NCBI GenBank assembly: GCA_013215605.1
Contig: JABSQW010000044.1
Location: 5,532-69,531, forward strand
Origin: Myxococcales bacterium
GTDB taxonomy: Bacteria > Myxococcota_A > UBA9160 > SMWR01
DNA: 64,000 nucleotides
Reading direction: 5' to 3'
The notes beneath the pieces were generated by a model. That model was not told where the DNA came from and did no database searches. It saw only the letters and a program-made list of their open reading frames with translations. Positions within the stretch are counted from its first letter, which is position 1, and each line of letters begins with the position of its first letter. The position numbers were made by a program, and so were the translations under genes. Shown piece after piece: positions 19,567 to 28,522 of this stretch.

Positions 19567-20960
19567 CGCTTCCCGCGTTTCCGTCTGGAGGCCCCCGCCT
19601 TCTGTGCTCCGACGGAATGCAGATGGCTGAGCAGCGCAGCCCGCAACGCGTGCGCCTTCAGGGGCTCTCGGCGCGCCAGGTTCCGCTCCGCTTCGCGGGG
19701 ATCCGGGTCGACACGGTAGAGCTGGGATTTCCCGAAGCGGCCGTTTCGCTTCCACGACAGGAGGAGCTTGTAGTCGCCGCGTCGGATCGCCGAGGCGTTG
19801 CGCGCGGGGAGGTGGAAGAACAGCGCGTCGGTGGGCCGGTCGAGCTGCGCCGCTCCCGGGTCCCCCAGCAGCGGGCGAAAACTCACCCCGTCGACCTCGG
19901 GCGGCAAGGCGTCACGCCCCCCGGCCAGGTCGTAGAAGGTCGATAGGAAGTCGTAGGCAACGACAGGCGTGTGATCGACCGAGTCGGGCTCGATGCCCGG
20001 CCCACGGACGAGGAGGGGAACGCGAATTCCTCCTTCGTGGAGAGTGTGCTTGCCCCCGGTCAGCGGGTAGTTGGGATCGAGCCGGTTCGGATCTCCGCCG
20101 GGGATCGATTCTCGGCCGCCGTTGTCGGAGGTGAGGAATACGTACGTGTCGTCCTCGATCCCGAGCTCTTCGAGTGCGCTCATCAGACGTCCGATGCCGA
20201 CGTCGAGCTCTTCGAGCATGGCGGCCCAGGCCGGCGTGTAGCCGCGATCCGGCGGCCCCTTCCGCTCGTACTTCTCCCAGGTGGACTTCCGGCTCACCAC
20301 CGAAAGGTGCACGGCGTAGTAGCTCACCTGAAGATAGAACGGCCGCTTCGCGAGGGCCTGCTCCCGCGCAAAGGCGATCGCGCGGTCGGTCACGCTACGA
20401 GTCCGCTTGGGATCGTCGTCATCGATGAAGTGCGGCGGTCCGTCCTCGTGTTCGCCCGAAGCCACTCCCAGCGTAGCCGGCATGCCTCCGCTGTCGTTGC
20501 TCGTCGGCCCGTCGCTCACATCGTAGCCGCTCTCTTTGGGCGTCGAATTCATGCTCTCCCCCCACTTTCCGAGATGGGCAGAGCGGTAGTTTGCATTGGC
20601 GCGCTCGAGGGCACGCGGGATCGTCAGATGCTCGGCCGGGATCCATCGGCTCTCGATCTCGCCGCCGCTGCGCGCGGCGCTCGAGCCCGACAGGATGCTG
20701 CGACGGCTCGGTGAGCAGAGCGGCGCGGCTGCGTAGGCGTTGGTGAGACGCAGTCCCTCGCGCGCAAGGCGGGTCATGTTCGGCGTCTCGAGATACGTCG
20801 ACCGAGACGCCGCGACGCGCGGATCCATCGCTAGAGCGACCTGACTCCACCCCTGGTCGTCGGTCAGGATCAACACGATGTTGGGCGCGGCCTCGGCGGC
20901 GATCGAAGCGCTCGCGATCCAGAGGGCCGCGAGGGGGAGAAAGGGGATCGTCCATCGCAT
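19563..20960 (-). CDS. arylsulfatase (Cys-type, formylglycine-dependent)
   Basis: Signal peptide MRWTIPFLPLAALWIASASIAAEA, then NIVLILTDDQG and the canonical PLCSPSRRSILSG signature. ATG 20960 is preferred over the ORF-track start at 21056. Confidence 0.92.
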   Translation of the reverse strand: MRWTIPFLPLAALWIASASIAAEAAPNIVLILTDDQGWSQVALAMDPRVAASRSTYLETPNMTRLAREGLRLTNAYAAAPLCSPSRRSILSGSSAARSGGEIESRWIPAEHLTIPRALERANANYRSAHLGKWGESMNSTPKESGYDVSDGPTSNDSGGMPATLGVASGEHEDGPPHFIDDDDPKRTRSVTDRAIAFAREQALAKRPFYLQVSYYAVHLSVVSRKSTWEKYERKGPPDRGYTPAWAAMLEELDVGIGRLMSALEELGIEDDTYVFLTSDNGGRESIPGGDPNRLDPNYPLTGGKHTLHEGGIRVPLLVRGPGIEPDSVDHTPVVAYDFLSTFYDLAGGRDALPPEVDGVSFRPLLGDPGAAQLDRPTDALFFHLPARNASAIRRGDYKLLLSWKRNGRFGKSQLYRVDPDPREAERNLARREPLKAHALRAALLSHLHSVGAQKAGASRRKRGKR

Positions 20961-20970
20961 GACGAGCTTC

Positions 20971-23079
20971 CTATCGGCGGCCAGCGGCGCGCTCGGAGAC
21001 GGTTCCACGTGCGGAAGCCTCGGACCCTGCGAGCTTGCGCTGTGTGACCACTCCATCCGCCAACCGGTACACGTTCTCGATGTCCTTGTAATCCGGATCG
21101 ACAGCGTAGAGCGTACGAGCCACGGCGAGCGCCTCCTCGGCGCGACCGAGCTGCAGCAGTCCGTCCGCCAGGCGACGCCGCGGCTCCCGGCTGTCCGGAG
21201 CCCGCTCGACGAGCTCGGCGTCGAGGACCACCTGGTCCGCGTGATTCCCGATTCTCCAGTACCGCTCGGCGAGGGCTTCGAGGGCGTGGTCGCGAGCGGG
21301 CGAGGCGCCGGCTTCGAGGTCCGCCAGCAGGTCGGCGTGGCTGGGGGACAGAAGACCGCTCTCGAACGCGAAGGGCGGCGCCGCGGCGACGATCGCCGCG
21401 ATATCCAGACCTTCGCGACCGTCGAACGGCACCCCCCGCTCGCGGTAGTGGGCGGCGATGCGGAAGAAGTTGAGCTCGTTCCGCGCGTGGCGTCGCAGGT
21501 ACACCGCGTGGTAGTGGGACTGGAAGACGCGCACCCACTCCGGCAGTCGTCGGATCGCGGCTGTCTGCTGAAGGTTCGCGTAGCGCTCGCTGGGAAAATT
21601 GACGGCGAAGAAGATGTCGATCGCTCGCTCGTCCAGCAGCGCCCGGAGCTTTCCGTGAGCTCCCGAGGTCGCCGCCGTCACGGTGTCCCGGTAGTCGTGG
21701 TAGACCGCGCGGGGGTAGTGGTCCATTCGACCGTCGATATAGGTGCGCAGGCGCGGAGCGTGCCAGTAAGCGAGGAAGCCGCCGAGGAAGTAGGGATTGA
21801 ACAAGCGCCCCTCGAGCTTCGTGTCCGCGAGAAACCGGCTCCCGGCGTCACAATACCGGGTCTCGAGGTATCCGGGCGCCAGGTATCCGCGGCCGCTCTG
21901 CGCAACCTCCGACGCGAAGTCGCCGAGCCGGTTCGCGGCCGGAAACGCGACGGCGATCGCGACCGCGAGGGCGGCGAGGGTCCACGACCCGGCATGCCGC
22001 AAACCACCGCGCGCCTCGGCTTCCCGACGCAGCGCGCGCACGACGTAGAGAAGTGGGAAGACCGAAAGCCAGTGGAAGCGGACACTCGCGAACATCGCCA
22101 CGAGGCCGGCGCCACCGAGAGCGAGGTGAACGGGATCGAGCAGAGCGACGCAACGCGCGCGATCCCGCGCCGCGCACCACAGCGAACGAAGCGCCGCCGC
22201 CGCAAAAGCCACGAGAAGAGCGTTGGCGAGCCCCCACGAGAAGAGCGTCAGTGCCCGGTTGCCCTCGAGCGGCGCGAACGGGTTCCAGGGGGTCCAGTCG
22301 TCCTCGATGGCCCACATCGCCGATTCCCGGGAGTACTGGAAGAAGGTCGCGAGCTGGTGGAATCCGCGCGGGTTCAGAGCGGTGACGCCCATCGCGAGGA
22401 CCAGGAACAGCACCAGGGCCGCGAAACGCGCGCGGTGCACCGCGGCAGCCGCGGGGGTTCCGCGATCGGCCCACCACGCGGTGCCCACGCCGACACAAGC
22501 TGCGAAGACCAACGCGAGCCCCACGCCGAACACGGAGTGGGCATTCGCCCAGGCGAGCAACAGGAGCAAGCCGCCGATGAAAGTCGCGCGTCCCGGTGCC
22601 GAAGGTTCGCGGAGTACAGCGCGGTAGAGGACCAGGGTCAGGGGAATGCTCAGGAGATCCGGACGGAACTGGACCAGGCGATACCAGGAAAGGGCGGCAA
22701 ACACGCTCGTCGCGAGGGCGGCGACCCCCAGGTCGTTCGAACCGCGGCGCAGTGTCGCGAAGGCGAGGCTCAGAACGACGACGACGGCGAGAGCGTGCAG
22801 AACCCGCAGCCCGTGGTGGCCGGCCGCGACGTCCACCCCGTGCACTGCCACCTGGAAGAGCCACTCGTGGGGCACCGGTGGGCGGCCGTGGGTCGTGTGA
22901 ACCAGGGGATCTTCGTCGGGCCAGAGATCGCCCGTCGCGTAGACCTCCCCCATGCGCAGGTGCCACCAGAGGTCGTCGGTGGCCAGCGGCCGGGCAGCGA
23001 CAAAGAGGATGGCGGCCGCGACCCCGAGGAGCCCGAGGCCAGCGATCCGAGCGGCACCCGGGGATGCGACCGGCGCCAT
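20971..23079 (-). CDS. large polytopic membrane protein with soluble C-terminal helical/TPR-like region (possible GT-C-like glycosyltransferase)
   Basis: 702 aa with about 10-12 hydrophobic segments in the first ~400 aa, an acidic loop motif TDDLWWHLRMGE after TM1, and a C-terminal alpha-helical region. Sits 10 nt upstream of the sulfatase gene on the same strand. The functional call is inference. Confidence 0.45.
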   Translation of the reverse strand: MAPVASPGAARIAGLGLLGVAAAILFVAARPLATDDLWWHLRMGEVYATGDLWPDEDPLVHTTHGRPPVPHEWLFQVAVHGVDVAAGHHGLRVLHALAVVVVLSLAFATLRRGSNDLGVAALATSVFAALSWYRLVQFRPDLLSIPLTLVLYRAVLREPSAPGRATFIGGLLLLLAWANAHSVFGVGLALVFAACVGVGTAWWADRGTPAAAAVHRARFAALVLFLVLAMGVTALNPRGFHQLATFFQYSRESAMWAIEDDWTPWNPFAPLEGNRALTLFSWGLANALLVAFAAAALRSLWCAARDRARCVALLDPVHLALGGAGLVAMFASVRFHWLSVFPLLYVVRALRREAEARGGLRHAGSWTLAALAVAIAVAFPAANRLGDFASEVAQSGRGYLAPGYLETRYCDAGSRFLADTKLEGRLFNPYFLGGFLAYWHAPRLRTYIDGRMDHYPRAVYHDYRDTVTAATSGAHGKLRALLDERAIDIFFAVNFPSERYANLQQTAAIRRLPEWVRVFQSHYHAVYLRRHARNELNFFRIAAHYRERGVPFDGREGLDIAAIVAAAPPFAFESGLLSPSHADLLADLEAGASPARDHALEALAERYWRIGNHADQVVLDAELVERAPDSREPRRRLADGLLQLGRAEEALAVARTLYAVDPDYKDIENVYRLADGVVTQRKLAGSEASARGTVSERAAGRR

Positions 23080-23239
23080 GCACCAACACTACCCCACACG
23101 CCGCGCCATCCGGGTCACGCCCAGGCCCGAACCCCCGTGGGGGGAAGCCCGAGCCGGCGTCACGCAGCGCGCCGCTCGAAGGACGACACGTCGCCCGCGG
23201 CCCGAATGCTCGCGAGGGACGCGTCTGCCGGAACCGGCT

Positions 23240-24067
23240 CTAGTCCTGCGGCGACCCGGTGATCGAGAGCCCGCGATCGATGAGGAAGCGTCGACTCGCC
23301 TCGAGGGCGTCGAGCATGTCCGTTGCGCAGTCGTCGAGCTCGACGATGTGCCAGTCGGAGTACTTCGCGGCGGCCACACACGCTTCGATGTCGACGCTGC
23401 CCGTGCCGAGTGCGACCTGCGGCTCGCCGAGGACGCAGGGACCGTCCTTCAGGTGCACCCGGCGACAGCGCGGTCCCAGGGCCACGATCTCCGCGACCGG
23501 ATCCCGGCCCGCCGTCTGCGCCCAGTACACGTCGACCTCCGCGTTCACACGCGCGTCGACACCGTCCCAGAAGACGTCCCACGCGAAGCGACCGCCGAGA
23601 TCGACCTCCCACTCGAAGTGGTGGTTGTGAAAGCCGAGCGATACACCGCGCTTCGCCGCAAGCTCGGCCGCCGCGCCAAATCGCTCGATGGCCAGCGCGA
23701 GTACGTCGGCATCCGCGTGGGCATTTCCGGCATCCGGCAGCGCCAGGAAGCTCGCGAGAACCAACTGGTCGGTGCCGAGCGCCTCGGCGTAGTCGAACAC
23801 GTAGTCAGCGACCTCACTCTCGGGCAGCGGCGCGTGCAAGCTCGCCGTGCGAAGCCCCAGTCGGGCGAGCATCGCCGCGAACTCGGCGGGCCCCGGCGTC
23901 GGAACGCGCATGTCCTCGGGCAACGCCTCGAGGGGTATCGGCCCGAACAGCATCGGCTCGACACCGGCGTAACCCATCTCGGCAATCCGCCCCAGCGTGC
24001 CCTCGAAGTCCTCGATCAGCTCGCGCCGGACACTGAACAGATTCACGGCGATCGGCTTCGGTTCCAT
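23240..24067 (-). CDS. sugar phosphate isomerase/epimerase (xylose-isomerase-like TIM barrel)
   Basis: 275 aa with ...GYAGVEP..., ...LGFHNHHFEW... and ...VHLKD..., typical of the AP_endonuc_2/TIM-barrel family. Confidence 0.8.
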   Translation of the reverse strand: MEPKPIAVNLFSVRRELIEDFEGTLGRIAEMGYAGVEPMLFGPIPLEALPEDMRVPTPGPAEFAAMLARLGLRTASLHAPLPESEVADYVFDYAEALGTDQLVLASFLALPDAGNAHADADVLALAIERFGAAAELAAKRGVSLGFHNHHFEWEVDLGGRFAWDVFWDGVDARVNAEVDVYWAQTAGRDPVAEIVALGPRCRRVHLKDGPCVLGEPQVALGTGSVDIEACVAAAKYSDWHIVELDDCATDMLDALEASRRFLIDRGLSITGSPQD

Positions 24068-24254
24068 CTCAGCTCTCCAACGACGACGCGGTTGGTCCGC
24101 AAGTATAAGGAATCAAAGGAGAACCTTTTTCTCTTGGGGTGGGGCCTCGCCGAGCCAGGCTCGCAGCGGAACGCGACCCGCCGCTGCGACACGAAAGGTC
24201 ATCGAAGCTCTTCTCCGGGCAACAGACCGGCTTCCACGGCAACGGGTCGCCTGC

Positions 24255-25559
24255 CTAGGGCTTCGGGTCTGCTGCGTAGAGGCGATCGCGGTCCGCGAAG
24301 AAGCGGCGCCCCGCGATCCAGAAGCACGGGATCGCGACCGCCGAAAGCGCGGTGAAGACGAGCAGGGTCGTGGTAAACGGCTCCGGATTCCCGGCTTCGG
24401 CCAGGGCGTCGATCAGGATTCCGCCGCCCGTGATGCCGATGCCCAGGCCGACGAAGTTGAGCATGAGGATGTAGAACGCGACGACCGACGCGCGGATTCG
24501 GGGCGGCACGAGTTCCTGCACCGTGGCGAACGTCGGGCCGTAGAACGTGCCCAGCTGGAAATAGCCGACGCCGACACCGATCCAGAACCAGGCGGAGTCC
24601 GGATCGACGATTCGATACACGAAGGCGATGGGCGTCAACAGCAGGCCAACCCAGAAGAGGAACATGGGGCGACCGCTGTTCGTGTTGCGCTGCCACCAGT
24701 CGCCGGCGAAGCCGCCGAAGAGATTGCCCGAGACGCCGCCGATGAGGCCGATCCAGCCGGTCCACTGGGCGATCACGTTTCTGTCGAAGCCCCGTTCCTT
24801 CACGAGCCAGAGCTGATCGAAGGCAGCCGCACCCAGGATGAAATGAAAGGCCACGCCGCCCGCGATGGTCGCGACGAGCGCCCGGGACGACAGTGCGCCA
24901 CGCAGGGTTTGGACGATCCCGCGAAATCCCTCACGCTCGGCGCCGTTGGCGTCCGGGGTGACGTGCTTCCGCGGCGTCTCCTTCACCAAGAGCATGACGA
25001 CGGCGAGCACCACACCCAATCCGCCGAGCAGCATGAAACAGCTCCGCCAGCCAATGGCGGGACCCAGGTAGCCCACGATCAGGAGGCTCGCCGCGACGCC
25101 GATCGGCACCCCCATGTAGTAGAAGCCCGCAGCAAAACCCATCCGGTCCGACGGAAAGCGATCCGAGAGCATCGACATCGACGCGGGGGTGAGCACGGAC
25201 TCGCCGACGCCGATGAACATGCGCGGGACGAGCAGCGTCGCGAAGCCGCGAGCGGCTCCGGAGGCCGCGGTGAGAACGCTCCACAGCACGAGGGCGCCCG
25301 CGATGAGGCGCGGCCGGTGCACCATGTCCGCCAGGGCACCGGCGAAGAGGCCCATCGCCGAGTAGAAGACGATGAACGCGAAGCCCGTGAGCAAGCCGAA
25401 CTCGGTGTTCGTGAGACCGAGGTCGGGCACGATGTAGTTCGCGAAGCTCGCGAGGAGCTGGCGATCGACGAAGTTCATCACGTTGAGGAGCGTCAGCAAC
25501 GCGAGGAAGCCGTAGTGGCGCACCTCGACCCGGTCGGATTCGGGAGTCGCAGATCTCAA
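24255..25559 (-). CDS. MFS transporter
   Basis: 434 aa with 12 predicted TM-like segments and an MFS-type loop motif (...DRFPSDRMG...). TTG start at 25559 is preceded by GGAGG. Confidence 0.85.
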   Translation of the reverse strand: MRSATPESDRVEVRHYGFLALLTLLNVMNFVDRQLLASFANYIVPDLGLTNTEFGLLTGFAFIVFYSAMGLFAGALADMVHRPRLIAGALVLWSVLTAASGAARGFATLLVPRMFIGVGESVLTPASMSMLSDRFPSDRMGFAAGFYYMGVPIGVAASLLIVGYLGPAIGWRSCFMLLGGLGVVLAVVMLLVKETPRKHVTPDANGAEREGFRGIVQTLRGALSSRALVATIAGGVAFHFILGAAAFDQLWLVKERGFDRNVIAQWTGWIGLIGGVSGNLFGGFAGDWWQRNTNSGRPMFLFWVGLLLTPIAFVYRIVDPDSAWFWIGVGVGYFQLGTFYGPTFATVQELVPPRIRASVVAFYILMLNFVGLGIGITGGGILIDALAEAGNPEPFTTTLLVFTALSAVAIPCFWIAGRRFFADRDRLYAADPKP

Positions 25560-25717
25560 CGGGCCCTCCAGCTCGGGCCAAAGAGTTGGCCCAGGTCGCC
25601 GATCTCCTCGACGACCTCGACCGACGCTACCCCCGCATTCGATTCCGCAGGATCGACGGGCAGGACGGAACCCGTCGGCACATCCGGATCTTCATCACCC
25701 GAGAACGCACGTGGAAG

Positions 25718-26074
25718 TCAGGCCACCTCACGCACCGCGTTCTTCTCGTCGACGAACACCCGGGTGCCCTGCCAACCTCGGCACTCTTCGTCGGGCATCT
25801 GCGCGTAGCTGCAGATGATCACGAGGTCCATCGGCTTCACGAGGTGGGCAGCCGCGCCGTTCACACAGATCTCGCCGGAGCCTGCCTCTCCCTCGATGAC
25901 GTAGGTCTGGAGGCGATTGCCGTTCGTGCAGTCGTAGATCTCGACCCGCTCGTAGGGCAGGATGTTCGAAGCGTCGAGGAGATCCTTGTCGATCGTAACG
26001 CTCCCCTCGTACTCGATGTTGGCTTCGGTCACGGTGGCGCGGTGAATCTTGGATTTGAGCATGGTGCGGATCAC
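25718..26074 (-). CDS. panD: aspartate 1-decarboxylase
   Basis: [29 protein letters not shown]... includes the G-S self-processing site (YEGS). 118 aa. Confidence 0.95.
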   Translation of the reverse strand: MIRTMLKSKIHRATVTEANIEYEGSVTIDKDLLDASNILPYERVEIYDCTNGNRLQTYVIEGEAGSGEICVNGAAAHLVKPMDLVIICSYAQMPDEECRGWQGTRVFVDEKNAVREVA

Positions 26075-26091
26075 GGGGGGTCCTCCGGAAT

Positions 26092-26979
26092 TCAGTCCAC
26101 GTGTCCGCGTGCGGGACGCAGTACACGATTGTCGATGAGGCGAATGGACTCGCTGTCGCCGTCCTTCGCGGGGAAGCCAACGGCGAGCGCGAGCAACGCC
26201 GCACGGTCGGTGATCTCGGTCACGGCAGAGAGGGAATCGGGGTCACGGAGCTCCACGTAGTCGATGCGCGCGAGGGGCGCCTTGCCGATCTCGTTGCGCA
26301 CCAGGAACAGCAGCCGCTCGATCGACGTCTCGCCCGCGGTCACGGCTCGTTCGGCGGCGTCGAGCGCCGCGACGAGCACACACGCCTGCGCGCGCGATGC
26401 GTCGGACAGACGCACGTTGCGACTCGACAGCGCGACCCGGTCGGGTTCGCGGACCGTCGGGACGCCGTCGATTTCGACGTCGAAGCCCAGATCGGAGACC
26501 ATCCGCCGGATGATGGCCAGCTGCTGGTAGTCCTTCTCGCCGAACACGGCGACGTGCGGCTTCGCGGCGAGCAGGAGCTTCGATACGATCGTCGTGACGC
26601 CGTCGAAGTGGCCCGGGCGCGACGCGCCACAGAGCGGTTGCGACAGTTCGCGAACCGTCACCACCGTCTGCGCGCCGTCGGGGTACATCTCTTCGACCGA
26701 CGGGTGGAACACGACGTCGACGCCGCGTTCTCGACACGCGGCCAGGTCGGTCGCGAGCTGACGCGGATAGGCGTCGAGGTCCGACGGCTCGTTGAACTGC
26801 GTCGGGTTCACGAAGATCGACACCCACACGCGGTCCGCCCGAGCGCGCGCCGCGTCGACGAGCGCGAGGTGGCCCTCGTGGAGCGCGCCCATCGTGGGCA
26901 CGAGTGCAATCGTTTGACCGGCGCCGCGTTCGGCCTCGGACAGCAGTTGCAGCGCTCTGATGGTTTCGATGACTTGCAT
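26092..26979 (-). CDS. panC: pantoate--beta-alanine ligase
   Basis: [10 protein letters not shown]...[18 protein letters not shown]... (HIGH-like motif) and [12 protein letters not shown] 26979 is preferred; the ORF-track N-terminal extension to 27087 is rejected. Confidence 0.95.
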   Translation of the reverse strand: MQVIETIRALQLLSEAERGAGQTIALVPTMGALHEGHLALVDAARARADRVWVSIFVNPTQFNEPSDLDAYPRQLATDLAACRERGVDVVFHPSVEEMYPDGAQTVVTVRELSQPLCGASRPGHFDGVTTIVSKLLLAAKPHVAVFGEKDYQQLAIIRRMVSDLGFDVEIDGVPTVREPDRVALSSRNVRLSDASRAQACVLVAALDAAERAVTAGETSIERLLFLVRNEIGKAPLARIDYVELRDPDSLSAVTEITDRAALLALAVGFPAKDGDSESIRLIDNRVLRPARGHVD

Positions 26980-27001
26980 GGAGGGCTCGCGACCCGACGG
27001 G

Positions 27002-27829
27002 CTACCGGTACGAGTGGGCGTCGTCCGGGAACTTCTCGTTCGCCACCTCTTCGGCGAACGTGCGTGCCGCCGAGGACGCCACAGCACCGAGATTCGCGTA
27101 CTGCTTGACGAAGCTCGGCGTCCAGTCGGAAAGCCCCAGAAGATCGTGCATGACCAGCACCTGACCGTCGCAGTGAACCCCCGCGCCGATGCCGATCGTC
27201 GGGATCGAGAGCGAGTCGGTCACCTCGGCCGCGAGCTCGGCGGGCATGCCCTCGAGCACCACGGCGAACGCGCCAGCGTCCTGTACGGCCTTCGCGTCGT
27301 CGAGGACGCGCTGTCGGCTCTTCTCGGTGCGCCCCTGGACGCGGTGCCCCCCCATGCGGTGGACCGCCTGGGGGGTCAGGCCGACGTGGCCCATCACGGG
27401 GATCTCGGCTACGACGATTCGCTCGATCGCGGAGGCGACCGCCTTCCCTCCCTCGAGCTTCACCGCCTGGGCACCGCCTTCCTTGACGAAACGGATCGCG
27501 CTGCGAACGGCGTCTTCCGCGCAGACCTGGTAGCTGCCGAACGGCATGTCGCCGACCACGAGCGCCCGCTGGGCGCCGCGCGCGACGAGCCTCGTGTGGT
27601 AGATGACCTCGTCGAGGGTGACCGGGAGCGTGGTCTCCACTCCCTGAACGACATTGCCGAGTGAGTCCCCCACCAGCAGGACATCGATTCCCGCGGTGTC
27701 GAAGATGCGCGAAAACGTGAAGTCGTAGGCGGTCAGCATGCTGATCTTCTGCCCGCGGCGTTTGCGTCGGGCGAGACCGGGGACGGTGACCCGGTGTTCT
27801 CGTGTGGACTCGATCGTTACGGATGACAT
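27002..27829 (-). CDS. panB: 3-methyl-2-oxobutanoate hydroxymethyltransferase
   Basis: KISMLTAYDFTFSRIFDTAGIDVLLVGDSLGNVVQG...VKLEGG...GHVGLTPQ matches PanB. Confidence 0.95.
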   Translation of the reverse strand: MSSVTIESTREHRVTVPGLARRKRRGQKISMLTAYDFTFSRIFDTAGIDVLLVGDSLGNVVQGVETTLPVTLDEVIYHTRLVARGAQRALVVGDMPFGSYQVCAEDAVRSAIRFVKEGGAQAVKLEGGKAVASAIERIVVAEIPVMGHVGLTPQAVHRMGGHRVQGRTEKSRQRVLDDAKAVQDAGAFAVVLEGMPAELAAEVTDSLSIPTIGIGAGVHCDGQVLVMHDLLGLSDWTPSFVKQYANLGAVASSAARTFAEEVANEKFPDDAHSYR

Positions 27830-27910
27830 GGCGCCTCCAGGTCCCCTTCACGGTCGCCTTGCGCGGCTGTCCTGCCTCGATGCTGGCCATCGAATCCGAG
27901 ATGTGTCCGG

Positions 27911-27952
27911 AAAAGAAAAAACGCGCCGACCGGAAAAGAGTCCGGAGGCGCG
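27911..27952 (-). terminator. intrinsic (rho-independent) terminator 82 nt upstream of panB ATG
   Basis: Minus strand reads CGCGCC-U-CCGG, loop ACUCUUUU, CCGG-UC-GGCGCG, followed by UUUUUUCUUUU. Confidence 0.75.
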
Positions 27953-28160
27953 GCGTGTCGAGCGGTGGAACGGATTCCGGGGCGCTCGAGGATTCGCCAG
28001 TTCAGCCCCCGTCTCGCTCCCTGTTGACCGGGATACGAGCGTAGTCTGAGTTTTGGCGGCTTCATCTGTTCCGGTCGCACCCGACTGTCGGCCAGCTCGC
28101 GTGACGCCCGGTGGGGGGTTTCGTCAAATGAGGATCGCTACCTGCGAGACCTCTCTGAGT
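27953..28160 (-). ncRNA. candidate structured leader RNA or sRNA upstream of panBCD (class unassigned)
   Basis: Non-coding stretch between a promoter-like element and the terminator. Nested complementary segments are GUCUCGC/GCGAGAC, ACCGGG/CCCGGU and GCGAGC/GCUCGU. No credible ORF is present. Confidence 0.4.
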
Positions 28161-28167
28161 CACTGAA

Positions 28168-28197
28168 AGCGTAGATCCCCGCACTCGATGCCGTCAA
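28168..28197 (-). promoter_or_regulatory. sigma70-like promoter candidate for the panBCD leader/sRNA
   Basis: Minus strand TTGACG (28197..28192), 18 nt spacer, TACGCT (28173..28168), about 20 nt after the stop of the upstream small gene. Confidence 0.45.
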
Positions 28198-28216
28198 CCC
28201 CGATTCTCTATCGCCA

Positions 28217-28522
28217 CTAGAACACGTTTCGGCCCGCCTCGGGATCGGGGGCCTCGAGCCGCTCGCGGACGGCGGGCGAGAGGTAGCGGGTCTCGAGGAA
28301 CTTCGAGCAGTGGTCGCGCAGCGCCCCCACCAGCACCGCGATGCGCGCCTCGACGGGCTCCTGGCGTGACAGCAGCACCCAGCGCGCACCGCGCAGCACG
28401 CACACCCCGCTGGTCGCAACCGGTTCGCCATCGACCCCGGCCCCCGGTCGCATCGAGTCGACCCGCAGCCCGGCGGCTTCTGCGAGCGCGGACAGCTCGT
28501 CGAGGAGGGACTCGGGATTCAC
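28217..28522 (-). CDS. hypothetical protein (101 aa), translationally coupled to rsmA
   Basis: GTG start overlaps the rsmA stop (GTGA). Codon third positions are GC-biased like neighbouring genes. I recognise no family. Confidence 0.55.
   Translation of the reverse strand: MNPESLLDELSALAEAAGLRVDSMRPGAGVDGEPVATSGVCVLRGARWVLLSRQEPVEARIAVLVGALRDHCSKFLETRYLSPAVRERLEAPDPEAGRNVF

Noticed and set aside
20878-23262. Other very long shadow ORFs: 20878..23262 (+), 17458..19413 (+), 55104..57299 (-), 61783..63903 (+), 11520..13325 (+), 3828..5552 (-), 37009..38802 (-), 38618..40036 (-)
   Set aside because: Each lies opposite a gene with strong family motifs (membrane protein, CRTAC1, POT, dxs/tlyA, acyl-CoA ligase, mlaA/glpD, rpoH, FHA). 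Each has Arg/Pro/Gly-dominated composition and no motifs. They are explained by stop-codon scarcity at high GC.
27953-28160. Assignment of the panB-upstream RNA to SRP RNA, RNase P RNA, tmRNA or confidently to 6S RNA
   Set aside because: It lacks the SRP domain IV motif (GGAA tetraloop with AGCA/GGAAGCAGCC context) and the RNase P GAGGAAAGUCC box, and it has no tRNA-like end. The only resemblance to 6S is one ~25-nt stretch. The inferred fold has a very asymmetric internal loop and no terminal closing stem consistent with the predicted start.
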